Below, in pieces: positions 30,269-40,654 of a stretch of 64,000 nucleotides of DNA. A program made the position numbers and the translations under genes. This stretch comes from an uncultured Gemmatimonadaceae bacterium (GTDB lineage: Bacteria; Gemmatimonadota; Gemmatimonadetes; Gemmatimonadales; Gemmatimonadaceae). The notes below the pieces were generated by a model. It was not told the origin of the DNA. It worked only from the letters and a program-made list of their open reading frames with translations, and ran no database searches. Where the stretch lies: assembly GCA_963740355.1 (NCBI GenBank), contig CAVUDW010000002.1, positions 1,056,001-1,120,000 on the forward strand. The letters are read 5' to 3'. Position 1 is the first letter of the stretch, and each line of letters opens with the position of its first letter.

Positions 30269-30880
30269 GTGCGTCTGATTCCCCGGGACGATCGATTCTT
30301 CGATCTCTTCGCCGAAATGGCCGGCATTCTCGTCCAGTCGGCCAATACACTGCAGCAGCTGTTCGCCGATCCGTCGCGTCTGGACGAGTTCCAGACCAAC
30401 ATCAAGAATCTCGAACACCAGGCTGACCGGCTCACCGCCGAGGCGAATCGCAAGGTCGACACGACCTTCGTGACGCCGCTCGATCGCGAAGACATCCACG
30501 CCCTCGTGACGCGCCTCGACAACGTGGTGGACCTGATCGACGGCTGTGCGCGGCGCGCGCAGATCTACCGCATCACCGAAGCGCGCGACCCGGCCATTCG
30601 CATGTGCTCCGTGCTCGGAGAAGCCTGTGTGCAGATCCGCGAGGCCGTGGCGTCGATGAAGAAGCCGCAGATGGTGTATGAGCATGGCGTGCGCATCAAG
30701 CGCCTCGAGGAACAGGCCGACGCGATCTATCACGAGACGCTCGGCAACCTCTTCGCCGGGTCGCCGGATCCGCTGACGGTGATGAAGTGGAAGGACCTGT
30801 ACGACTCGCTGGAGACCTCGATCGATGAGTGCCATTATGTGTCGCTGGCGCTCGAGAGTATCTCGCTCAAGAACAGCTGA
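30269..30880 (+). CDS. DUF47 / PhoU-like phosphate transport regulator
   Basis: RLIPRDDRFFDLF, LEHQAD, FVTPLDREDI, LEEQAD, MKWKDLY; directly upstream of a Pit gene. Confidence 0.9.
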   Translation: MRLIPRDDRFFDLFAEMAGILVQSANTLQQLFADPSRLDEFQTNIKNLEHQADRLTAEANRKVDTTFVTPLDREDIHALVTRLDNVVDLIDGCARRAQIYRITEARDPAIRMCSVLGEACVQIREAVASMKKPQMVYEHGVRIKRLEEQADAIYHETLGNLFAGSPDPLTVMKWKDLYDSLETSIDECHYVSLALESISLKNS

Positions 30881-30886
30881 GTTGCC

Positions 30887-31945
30887 GTGATTGCGTACGT
30901 CATAGGAATCGTGGTGGTCGCGCTGGTCTTCGACTTCATCAACGGTTTCCACGATTCGGCCAACTCGATCGCCACGATTGTCGGCACGCGCGTCCTGACG
31001 CCGTTCAAGGCCGTGTTGTGGGCGGCGACGTTCAACTTCGCGGCGCTCTTCACGGTGGGCACGGCCGTCGCGAAGGCGATCAGCTCGGGGTATGTCGACC
31101 AGTCGGCGATTTCGGCCAACGTGATCGCCGCTGCATTGCTGGGCGCGATCATCTGGAACCTGATCACCTGGTGGTTCGGCATTCCGTCCAGCTCATCCCA
31201 CGCGCTGATCGGCGGCTTTGCCGGCGCCGCGGTGGCGAGCAAGGGATTCGGGGCCCTCAACTGGGGCCCGAAATGGATCGAGACGCTGACGGCCATTGCG
31301 GTGTCACCGGCGCTCGGTGCGCTGCTCGGCATGACGCTGATGGTGATCGTCTACCGGGTGTTTGCGAAGGTGACGCCTGGCAAGGTGGATCGGTTCTTTC
31401 GACCGGCGCAGCTGGCCAGTTCGGCGCTGCTGTCGCTGGCCCACGGTGGCAATGACGCGCAGAAGACGATGGGGATCATCGTCGGCCTGCTCGCCTCGCC
31501 GTCGGTTCGCAAGCTGTTCGAGCCGTACACCACGGGTGCGCTGAGCTACATGTACGTGCCGGACACATCGACGATCCCGCTCTGGGTGGAAATCCTGGCG
31601 TACTTCGCGATTTCGCTCGGGACACTCTTCGGCGGTTGGCGCATCGTGCATACCATGGGCACGCGGATCACGAAACTCCGTCCGGTGGGTGGATTCTGCG
31701 CTGAGACCGGTGGTGCGATCGTCATCTTGATGGCGTCGAAGTTCGGCATCCCGGTGAGCACCACGCACACGATCACCGGCTCGATCGTGGGCGTCGGGGC
31801 GGCGAACCGAGTGCGAGCCGTCCGCTGGGGCCTGGCGGGCAACATCGTATGGGCGTGGATCGTCACGATTCCGGCGGCAGGGCTGCTGGCGGCGCTCAGT
31901 GCGCTCATCTTGAATGCAATCGTGGTGGTCGGCCGTCCCGGCTGA
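30887..31945 (+). CDS. pit: Inorganic phosphate transporter (PiT family)
   Basis: NGFHDSANSIAT, PSSSSHALIGG, HGGNDAQK, PVSTTH. Confidence 0.93.
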   Translation: MIAYVIGIVVVALVFDFINGFHDSANSIATIVGTRVLTPFKAVLWAATFNFAALFTVGTAVAKAISSGYVDQSAISANVIAAALLGAIIWNLITWWFGIPSSSSHALIGGFAGAAVASKGFGALNWGPKWIETLTAIAVSPALGALLGMTLMVIVYRVFAKVTPGKVDRFFRPAQLASSALLSLAHGGNDAQKTMGIIVGLLASPSVRKLFEPYTTGALSYMYVPDTSTIPLWVEILAYFAISLGTLFGGWRIVHTMGTRITKLRPVGGFCAETGGAIVILMASKFGIPVSTTHTITGSIVGVGAANRVRAVRWGLAGNIVWAWIVTIPAAGLLAALSALILNAIVVVGRPG

Positions 31946-32001
31946 CCATCAGGAGAAAGGCGGCTGCCAACCGGGCGGCCGCCTGAACCTGTGGGGAGAC
32001 G

Positions 32002-34155
32002 ATGGCGACACGACGGAAGAAGGCGCGAAGCGGCGGTGATGCCGATGCCGATGCCATGGGCTCGGTTGGTGCTGCCGGTGAAGCGCACCTGTTCTTCAGT
32101 CGTGAGTTGAGCTGGCTGGAGTTCAACGCAAGGGTGCTCAACGAGGCGCGTGACCCGCGGACGCCGCTGCTCGAACGGCTCAAGTTCCTCGCCATCTTCA
32201 GCTCGAACCTCGACGAGTTCTACATGGTCCGCGTGGGCGGACTGCGTCGCAAGGTGAAGAACGGGCAGAGCGGGTACCCGCAGGAGCGCCTCTCGCCGGC
32301 CGAATTGCTGCTGGCGATCGAGAAGCGGGTCGGTGAACTGCTGCGGTTGCAGCGGAATTGCCTGACCGATGACCTGCTGCCGGCGCTCGAGTCGCGTGGC
32401 GTGAAGCTGGTGCGCATGGATGACCTCACGCCGGCCGAGTGGCTGGTGGTCGACGCGTTCTTCGAGTCGCAGGTGTTCCCGGTCCTGACCCCACTCGCGG
32501 TCGATCCCGGGCATCCGTTCCCCTACATCTCGAACCTGTCGCTGTCGCTCGCGGTCCGCGTGCGTGATCCGCAAACAGGCGCGGAGCATTTCGCGCGCGT
32601 GAAGGTCCCCAAGTCGCTCGCGCGCTGGGTACCAGCTGGTCGCCCGGGGTTGTTCGTGCCGATCGAGGACGTGATCGGCGTCAATCTCGGCGCGCTCTTT
32701 CCCGGCATGGAAGTGCTGAGCTGGCATGCATTCCGGATCACCCGCTTCTCCGATTTCGAGCTCACCGGCGTGGAGGAGGACGACGACCTGTTGTCGGTCG
32801 TCGAGCGCCAGGTGTTCGAGCGCAAGTTCGGCGAGGTGGTGCGTCTCGAGGTGCAGACGGGCATGCCGGAAGAGTTGCGCACGCTGCTGATGGAGGAACT
32901 GCGCGATGAAGAAGATGCGCTGATCGTCGCGTTGCCACTCACCGAACGTGACGTCGACGAGCCGGGGACGCTGCTCGATCTCGGTGACCTGATGTCGCTG
33001 TCGGCCGCCATCGACCTTCCCGACGAACGCTTCGCGGCCTTCACGCCCGCAATTCCGGCCGAGTTGGCGGATGCCGTGAATATTTTCGACGCCATTCGCG
33101 ATCGTGACATCCTCGTGCATCATCCGTTCGAGAGCTTTCGCGAGACCGTCGAACATTTCATCGAACGCGCGGCGCTGGATGAACAGGTGCTCGCCATCAA
33201 GCTCACGCTGTATCGCACGTCGGGCGAGACGGCCATCGTCCGGTCACTGATCGAGGCGGCAGAGCGGGGCAAGCAGGTGGTGGTGCTGATCGAGTTGCAG
33301 GCCCGTTTCGACGAAGCGAACAACATCGCCTGGGCACGCACGCTCGAGAATTACGGCGTGCATGTCGTGTACGGCGTGCCGGGGCTGAAGACGCATACGA
33401 AGACCGCCCTCGTCGTCCGCCGCGAGCCGGACGGCATCCGACGGTATGTGCACATCGGTACCGGCAACTATCACTCCCGCACGGCGAAGCTCTACACCGA
33501 CATCGGACTGTTCACGTGCAGCCCGAGCATCGGCGCCGATGTCAGTGACCTGTTCAACGCACTGACGGGGTTCAGTCGTCAGCAGCTGTATCGCAAGTTG
33601 CTGGTGGCGCCAGCCAACATGCGCCGTCGCTTCGTGGAATTGATCGACCGCGAAGCGGAGCATGCTCGCGCGGGTCGAGAAGGGCGGATCATCGCCAAGA
33701 TGAACGCACTGGTCGATCCGGATGCAATCCTCGCGCTGTATCGTGCCTCGGCTGCCGGCGCCAGGATCGACCTGATCGTGCGCGGCGTCTGTTGCCTTCG
33801 CAGTGGCATGCCGGGCGTGAGCGAGAACATCACGGTGCGGAGCCTCATCGGCCGATTCCTCGAGCACTCGCGCATCTTCTTCTTCGGCAACGCGGGCGAG
33901 CCGGAGTACTACCTTGGCTCGGCCGACTGGATGCCGCGCAACTTCGATCGCCGAGTGGAAACCGTTGCGCCGATCGAGGATCCGGTGCTGCACGCACGGC
34001 TCGAGTCGCTGCTGCGCACCTGCCTCGAGGACAACCGGCAGGCGTGGATGCTGCAGACGGATGGCACCTATGTGCAGCGCATGCCGGCACCGGGTGAGCC
34101 CGAGCGTGCCACGCACGCGATCCTGCTGAAGGACGCCTGGGCGACGTCGCAGTAG
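32002..34155 (+). CDS. ppk1: Polyphosphate kinase 1
   Basis: RELSWLEFNARVL, SNLDEFYMVRV, HPFPYISN, HHPFESF, LYRT, ARFDE, KTHTK, GTGNY, GRFLEHSR, SADWMPRN. Confidence 0.97.
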   Translation: MATRRKKARSGGDADADAMGSVGAAGEAHLFFSRELSWLEFNARVLNEARDPRTPLLERLKFLAIFSSNLDEFYMVRVGGLRRKVKNGQSGYPQERLSPAELLLAIEKRVGELLRLQRNCLTDDLLPALESRGVKLVRMDDLTPAEWLVVDAFFESQVFPVLTPLAVDPGHPFPYISNLSLSLAVRVRDPQTGAEHFARVKVPKSLARWVPAGRPGLFVPIEDVIGVNLGALFPGMEVLSWHAFRITRFSDFELTGVEEDDDLLSVVERQVFERKFGEVVRLEVQTGMPEELRTLLMEELRDEEDALIVALPLTERDVDEPGTLLDLGDLMSLSAAIDLPDERFAAFTPAIPAELADAVNIFDAIRDRDILVHHPFESFRETVEHFIERAALDEQVLAIKLTLYRTSGETAIVRSLIEAAERGKQVVVLIELQARFDEANNIAWARTLENYGVHVVYGVPGLKTHTKTALVVRREPDGIRRYVHIGTGNYHSRTAKLYTDIGLFTCSPSIGADVSDLFNALTGFSRQQLYRKLLVAPANMRRRFVELIDREAEHARAGREGRIIAKMNALVDPDAILALYRASAAGARIDLIVRGVCCLRSGMPGVSENITVRSLIGRFLEHSRIFFFGNAGEPEYYLGSADWMPRNFDRRVETVAPIEDPVLHARLESLLRTCLEDNRQAWMLQTDGTYVQRMPAPGEPERATHAILLKDAWATSQ

Positions 34156-34171
34156 CGGCCCCAGACGTCGA

Positions 34172-35556
34172 TCATTTCCCCTCGAAGGTCTTTCGTTTCA
34201 CCAGCGTCGTGTCGCCGGCATAGATGAACCGGATGTTCTTCATGTAGGTCGCTGCTGCGCGACGAATCGAACTGCTCGACACGACGCGCATCCTGCGCGG
34301 GACGTTGTCCGACAGGTGGTAGTCCCCCTGCAGGATCTCGGCATGCGCGAGCGCGTCGGCCTGCACGCCACTCGTCGACCGTCGAAAGAGGAAGGTGAGC
34401 GAGTTCTTGTCCGACGTGAACGAGAACCCCGCCGGCATCGAGTCGGGGTCCGTCAGCTTGCGGATCTGTGCCTTCACCAGCTGCACCACCGTGTCGGGCT
34501 TGCCAGTGGAGACGTAGATCACGCCCGTGACGATGGCGCGATCGTACACGCTGGCAGAGGCTGCGTAGCTCAGCCCCCGCTTCTCGCGCACCGCGTCACT
34601 GATCATGCCACCGAGGAACGATGTGGCGGCGCTGAACGATGGAAAGTCGTCACTCGTTTCGGGGGGACCATCGAAGACCCCGATCACGTAGTTCGTGGCG
34701 CTGCTGCGCGGCAGCATCGTCACGGAGCCAGTGTGGGCCGATACAGGTGACGGCGGCGTCCACTTGTAGCTGCCAACCGGCACGTCATGCAGTGTGCGCT
34801 TCACGGCTGCCTCGACCATCGCACGCGTGGCGGCGCCGACCACCACGACCAGCATGCGCGATCGCACCACCTGCTCGCGCACATATCTGGCCAGCATGGC
34901 AGAGTCGATCTTCGCGAGGCTGACCTCCGTGCCGGAGGGCGACAGGCCATACGCGTGCCCCGAAAATGCCACGCTGTCGGAGATCGAGCCGATCTCCCCA
35001 TCCGGGCTGCCGCGCTGCTGTCGCAGGGCACCGATCAATCGTTGGCGTGCAGTATTCACACCTTCCGATGGAAACTGTGGCTGTGTGAGCCGCTCGGTCA
35101 TCAGGTTCCACGACTCGTCGAACTCCGACTGCACGCTGCGAAAGCCCAGCATCGTCCAGTCGCTGGTGTATTCGACGGCCAGCGCACTGCCCGTCATCGC
35201 CCACGCCGTGCGGAGCGTGGTGTCGGGATGGCTGCGCGTGCCGTACTTCGACGCGGTCAGCAGCAGCGCCTCGATGCCTTGCGTTGCCGGCGTCAACTGC
35301 CGTGAGCCACCCAGCAAGTACACGTTCGCCGCAACGACTTCGGTCGATGGCGTGATGCGCTGGATCACGCGGACGCTGTCCACCGTGTACGAGACGAGAT
35401 TGCTGTCGTCGGCACCTGACAAGGCAGAGGCAGCGGCAGCGGCAGAGGCGCAGCGGGTGCCCCACCGGTCGTACTGCGCGTGGATGCCGGAGCGAACGGG
35501 CCGGCGAAGATCGCGGAGAGCGCCGACAACGCGATGGCGTGATGGAGTCTGATCAT
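34172..35556 (-). CDS. M16 peptidase non-catalytic subunit, frameshifted near the 5' end (about 35450-35500)
   Basis: Body has REKRGLSY (R/Y pair) and no HxxEH. The signal peptide MIRLHHAIALSALSAIFAG starts at ATG 35556 in a different frame; span is 3n+2. Confidence 0.75.
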
Positions 35557-36954
35557 GGCTTCATGAAGGCGACGTACTGCGCGACAGTCGTTCCCACTTT
35601 CTGCTCCGTGCCGACGGGGGTCAGCACCCCGATCACGTACGGCCGATTGACGATCCACTTTTGCGCGAATGCCGCCAGCGACTGGGGCGTGGAACGTCTT
35701 GCCGGTGTCCGGGCCCGACATCCGCTCGAGACGGCCGAGGGCCCAGGCGCCGCCGAGCGTCGAGGCGAGGGACGCCGTCTCCTCGAAGGTCAGAGCCAGG
35801 CCGACACGATCACGCCGTGCGTCAGCCTTCAGCGCCGACTCTTCGTAGTAGCCGTCATTGCCGACCTGCCCGAGCACGGTGCCAAGGGCGTTGAGTGCAT
35901 TGCTCAACTGCTCCAGCGTCGTCGTGCCGGTGAAGCGCAACTCGCCACTGTGCCGGTTGAGGTCCGACGACATGTAGGCGGAGGTGAAGAAGCCACCATC
36001 GACGAGGGTGCGCTGAAATGGCGATTCGTCGGCACCGAGCAGGTCGGTGAAGGTCGCGGCATCACGCGTGTCGGTCGAATCACGCGACAGGCTCGGGCCG
36101 CGCCAGCTGATCTGCACTGTGACCGTCTGCACTTCGTGCGTGTAGACGAATGCAAACGTGGAATCCATCGGCGGTGGGGCTGGTACTGGGTCCGCCTTCA
36201 ACGGATCGGCCGCACGGCGCCACCGACCGAACTCCTTGCGTGCCGCGCTGAACACCTTTTCCGCGTCGACGTCGCCTGTGATCACCAGCGCCGCGTTGTT
36301 CGGCACATACCATTTCTGATAAAAGGCTTTCAACTGCACCGCGTTCGCAGTGAACAGTGACAGGTCATTCCCAATGGTGTTCTTGCGAGGATACCAGTCG
36401 CCCCAGAGTGCCCGAGTGGACGCGTCATTCAGCAGGTAGGACGGCTGCGACTGGGCACGCTGCATCTCATTGCGCACCACGAACCGCTCCGTCTGCAGGT
36501 CCTTGTCCTTGAAGAACGGGTCGCGCACGAGGTCGGCCATCAGGCTCACGTTCCGGCCCATCTCCTCCGAGGGAAACCAGAGGGTGTACGACACACTTTC
36601 GTCACTGGTGGCGCCGTTGTAGCTCGCCTTCGAGAGCGAGGCGTCGCGGCCGAACGAGCCGTCCTCGCTCCCCTGGTAGCTCTTGAAGAGCATGTGCTCG
36701 AAGAGGTGCGGAATCCCCTGCAACTCGGGCGTCTGGGTCATCGCCCCACCGCGGAAGACCACGTGCGCGGTGGCGAGGGGTACCGCGTGGTTCTCCACCA
36801 CGATCACCGTCAGGCCGTTTGGTAGCGTATCGCGCCGCACCACCTGGTCGGGACGCGTACCTGTTTGCCCTGCCAGCATCGCGGCAGCGTAGAGCGAGGA
36901 CAGCGCCGCCAACGCGTAGCGGCGTACCGGCAGTCCAAGGAACGTTTGTAACAC
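35553..36954 (-). CDS. M16 zinc peptidase catalytic subunit, frameshifted near 35700
   Basis: LPNGL, GIPHLFEHMLF (HxxEH), NGATS, ERFVVRNE, WYVPNNA. The natural C-terminus (...AFAQKWIVNRPYVIGVLTP...FMKP*) is in another frame, ending at TGA 35553; span is 3n+1. Confidence 0.8.
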
Positions 36955-37062
36955 CGTGAACCCTCTCGAAAGCGTCGAGTGCACTGCTCGCTGTCGAGTG
37001 TATCATCACGAGACTAATCAGGGAAGAGCCCGCCAGCGGCCTCGCCGTGGCCCCTCGCGGCG

Positions 37063-38800
37063 TCAGTCCACCGAATCGGTCGCTTCCCACTCCACCGGCT
37101 TGCCGTCGGGACCGATCACGTGCACCGGAAAGTCGATCAACTTCTCGAGCAGGTCGCTCTTCCGGCTCGCGCCCCAGAGCTCGAGGCGCGTCGATCGGGC
37201 GCGCGGATCGGGCACAGGCGTGATGCGGAGCGCCCGTTCCGTCCACCGCACCTTCAGTTGCTGCACCGCGCCGACATGCCCGCGATCGAAGCCATCCGCC
37301 ACGCGCAGGATCGCCGCCAGTCGTCGCACGCGCTGCTGCTGATCTTTCGTCAACTCGGCAAATGTCGGATGCTTCAACTTTGGCGGTGAGCCGCGATGGT
37401 AGCGCGCGACATTCGCCATCACCACCTGTTCCTCCGGTGAGACGCCGAGCAGGTCGGCGTGCACGATGAGGTGATAGGAGTGTTTGTGGTGCGAGTTGTA
37501 GCTGATGTGATAGCCAGTGTCGTGCAGCAACGCCGCATCGCGTAGCGTGTCGCGATCTTCCGGTGCACACCCGATCCGTGTGCCGATCGCATCGAAGAGT
37601 TGCAGGGCCAGCTTCTGCACGTGCTGGGCGTGCATCTCCTCGTACTGCGTGCGCTCGGCGAATGCCTGCACACTCCGGCGCCGTCCCTCGCCCGGATCGG
37701 TCGCCTGCGGCGTCACCTCGGCCGCCTCGAGCAGCAGGCCTTCACGAATGCCGTATGCCGACACGTGGAATTCGCGGATGTCGAGAAATGCCATCACTTC
37801 GGCGGCGACGGCCATGCCGGCCACGATGATGTCAGCCCGCCCCGGATTGAGCCCGGGTACGGTGAGCCGCTCTGACGGCGACAACTCGATCAGCTGGTCC
37901 AGCAGGTGCTCGAGTTCACCGCGGCTGACGACCTTGCCGTGCACCGTGCGCGCCGTGCCCACAGCGCTGCTGCTGCAGCAACATCCCGGCAACGTTGGTG
38001 AACGTGCCGCCGGACCCGATCATGCCAGCGCCACGCCATTCCTTGACCGCAAATCGCTCGCGAATCTCCTCACGCAGCGCCTTGCGAAGCTTCGAGACGG
38101 TTCCGCGGCGGATGCCCTTCCGCAGGTACGTCTCGGTGGCGCGGATCGCACCGAACGGCATCGACAGCAGTCGCTCGACCAGTCCGTCGGCCGAGAGTGC
38201 GAGTTCCACCGAGCCACCACCGATGTCACAGGTGACCATGCGCCCGTGGCCGACATCGAAATGCGCCTGTGCGCTGCGGAAGGAGAGCCGCGCCTCGTCC
38301 TCGCCGGAAATGACGCGCACCGTGAGTCCGGCGGCCTTCTTCACCTGTCGAACGAAGGCTGCGCCGTCGGCGGCGTCGCGGACCGCACTGGTCGCCACAC
38401 ATTCAATGCGCTCGGCACCGAGCTGCTTGGCCAGCGTCACCATCCGCTGCAGCGCCTCGATCGCGGCCAGCGCACTTTCGACCGACAGGTGCCCCGTTTC
38501 GTCGACACCGGTGCTGAGGCGCGGTGCCGCCTTCATCTCATCGACCGTGCGGATCTGTCCCGTGCTGCTGACATCCGCCACGATGGCACGAATGGAGTTC
38601 GAGCCGATGTCGATTGCCGCGATGCGTCGTGGCCGCTCGGCGCCGCCCTTGATCGCCTCGTTGGAGAGCGGCGTGGCGCCCCGCGCGCGGGTTGCAGGGA
38701 TCGCGGGAAGCGGTGCGGCGGGCGTCTTGCGGCGGGGCGACCGTTCAGGCATGCGATGCGGGGCAGGGGAGTGTGGCTCGGCGGAAGTTACCGGTACCAC
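37063..38800 (-). CDS. ppx: Exopolyphosphatase Ppx/GppA with HD domain, frameshifted near 37965
   Basis: 5' ORF has AAIDIGSNSIR, ATSAVRDA, ISGEDEA, DIGGGSVE, GSGGT. 3' ORF has RADIIVAG, GIREG, ALLHDTG, HHKHSY, ARYHR, LRVAD. The frames overlap around 37916-37992. Confidence 0.88.
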
Positions 38801-38851
38801 TCGGCGATGCTAGCCAAGCCGGGCCACAAACACCTGCGTCATGCGTCCCTC

Positions 38852-39910
38852 CTACTTCGGTGCGGCGCTCCACGCCCGTAGCAGCGTGCGGCGCATGGCG
38901 TCCGGCAATGGCGCATAGCCGAGCGCAAGCGCGTCGTTCTCGCCGTTGGTCAACGCCCATGTCACGAAGCGCCCCATGGCTGCGGCGCGCGTCGAATCGA
39001 CGCCGCGTGTCGGCACAATCAGCCACGACAGCGACGCGATGGGGTAACTCAACTCGCCAGGAGCGTCGCTGATGCTGGTTGCAAATTCGACCGTGTCGTC
39101 GATCGAGCCAAGCATCGCGCTGGCCGCCGCCCGCAGCCCGCCGGTTTGCGGCGTCACCCAGGCACCAGCGTGGTTACGAATGCGGGCAACCTGCAGGCGA
39201 TTCTGCATCGCATATACCGCCTCCACGACGCCAATCGTGTTTTCGGTGGTCCGGATCTCGGCCGCCACGCCTTCGTTGCCGCGCACACCACTGCCTACTG
39301 GCCAAGTTGGGAATCGGCTTCGTCCCGGACCGGCAGCCCAGGCCGGGCTCAGTCGCGACAGGTAGTCCGTCAGGATCCAACTGGTACCACTGCTGTCCGC
39401 GCGCGTCACGACGCGAATCGGGGATTTCGGCAGCTGTACATCGGGATTGAGCGCGACCAGCCGCGGGTCGTCCCAGTGTGTGATCCGACCCAGGTAGATG
39501 TCGCCCAGTGTCGCGCCGTCGAGTCGCAGCTGTCGCTGCAGGGCCGGCAGGTGATACGACACCGCCGCGCCACCGACGATCATGGGGACTTGCCGCACGC
39601 CCTTTGCCGCCAGCGCGGCACGGTCGGCGGCGTCGAGCGGCGCGTCGGTGGCCGCGAAGTCGACACTGCTGTCACGCAGCGCGCGCACGCCGGCCCCGGA
39701 CCCAATCGATCGATAGTTGATGCGCACGCCACTCTCGTCTCCGAAACGGGAAAACCAGCGTGTATAGACCGGATAGGGGAAGGTGGCGCCCGCTCCTTCG
39801 ATCTTCAGTGACGGCTTGGCGCCGCGTTCGGCAAGTGCATCTCCTTTTCCCGTGCACCCTGCTGCGACGGCCAGCAACGCGAACGCAACGAGCCTTCTGG
39901 GTGTCGTCAT
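38852..39910 (-). CDS. pstS: Phosphate ABC transporter substrate-binding lipoprotein PstS
   Basis: Lipobox AAGC, GAGATFPYP, SIGSGAG, DFAATD, RADSSGTS, GNEGVA, YPIAS. Confidence 0.92.
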   Translation of the reverse strand: MTTPRRLVAFALLAVAAGCTGKGDALAERGAKPSLKIEGAGATFPYPVYTRWFSRFGDESGVRINYRSIGSGAGVRALRDSSVDFAATDAPLDAADRAALAAKGVRQVPMIVGGAAVSYHLPALQRQLRLDGATLGDIYLGRITHWDDPRLVALNPDVQLPKSPIRVVTRADSSGTSWILTDYLSRLSPAWAAGPGRSRFPTWPVGSGVRGNEGVAAEIRTTENTIGVVEAVYAMQNRLQVARIRNHAGAWVTPQTGGLRAAASAMLGSIDDTVEFATSISDAPGELSYPIASLSWLIVPTRGVDSTRAAAMGRFVTWALTNGENDALALGYAPLPDAMRRTLLRAWSAAPK

Positions 39911-40587
39911 CACATGTCGTTGGCGTAGCCGACGAACTTGAATCGTCCGCCGAACTCGATGATGGAGCCGAACAGGCGCCCACTGAACTTGGTGCCGTCG
40001 GTGGCCGCGATGCGTACCGTGCAACCATCGTGGAGTGTCATGGCGCCCGATGTCGTCGGTGGGTTGGGACAATCGAGCGATTCGAGCGTGAGCGGCTTGC
40101 CACCCACCCGATCGAGCGCGCGGGTGATGCCCTTTTCACTATTGAGCGTGATGCCATTCCAGCGGAGCTGCGGTGAGAGGCCGTTGGCCGCCGTGGCGTC
40201 ACTCGAATTCGGGAAATAGACGTACGCGAACTCGGCGCGCGAGAGCGTGAGGTGCCCAAGCGCCTTCTTGTCCTTCGTGGCCACCGCTTGCACGAACTTC
40301 GCAACCAGCGCCTGCCGGCTGACTTCGCCGTCGATCAACTGGCGAACTTCAGGCAGGTCAGCACGAAAGCGACGGATCATCTCCGGCATCGGGAACACCG
40401 AGTCGATGATCGTGCCCGGCTGATGCGAGGTGTCGAGCGGGACGCGCTGATAGGCGTACGCGGTGCCGCCTGGCGCAGCAGCGATCGCAGAATCGGCGAC
40501 CTTCGCTTCTGATCCGGCACGCGAGCATGCTGCGACGGCCAGCGCCGCGGCGAGTGTGACAGGTGCAAACAAACGGGACATGGTCAT
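39910..40587 (-). CDS. Hypothetical lipoprotein coupled to pstS
   Basis: Lipobox LAVAAC; C-terminus LFGSIIEFGGRFKFVGYANDM; TGATG overlap with the pstS start. Confidence 0.75.
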   Translation of the reverse strand: MTMSRLFAPVTLAAALAVAACSRAGSEAKVADSAIAAAPGGTAYAYQRVPLDTSHQPGTIIDSVFPMPEMIRRFRADLPEVRQLIDGEVSRQALVAKFVQAVATKDKKALGHLTLSRAEFAYVYFPNSSDATAANGLSPQLRWNGITLNSEKGITRALDRVGGKPLTLESLDCPNPPTTSGAMTLHDGCTVRIAATDGTKFSGRLFGSIIEFGGRFKFVGYANDM

Positions 40588-40592
40588 TGGAT

Positions 40593-40639
40593 GAAAAGAC
40601 CGCGGGCCGATGCGCGAATCCATGCGCACCGGCCCGCGG
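40593..40639 (-). terminator. Intrinsic terminator after the FN3/beta-helix lipoprotein
   Basis: Stem ccgcgggccg...cggcccgcgg (40600-40639) followed by TCTTTTC on the minus strand. Confidence 0.75.
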
Positions 40640-40654
40640 AAACGTACTGCGAGA

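Noticed and set aside
35423..35449. GGCAG(A/C) hexamer run as a phase-variation tract
   Set aside because: A unit length of 6 cannot change frame; it encodes a low-complexity Ala/Ser linker.
35365..36984. Single 539-aa M16 ORF as given by the track
   Set aside because: A chimera: after about 35700 it reads out of frame and then through the next gene's signal peptide.
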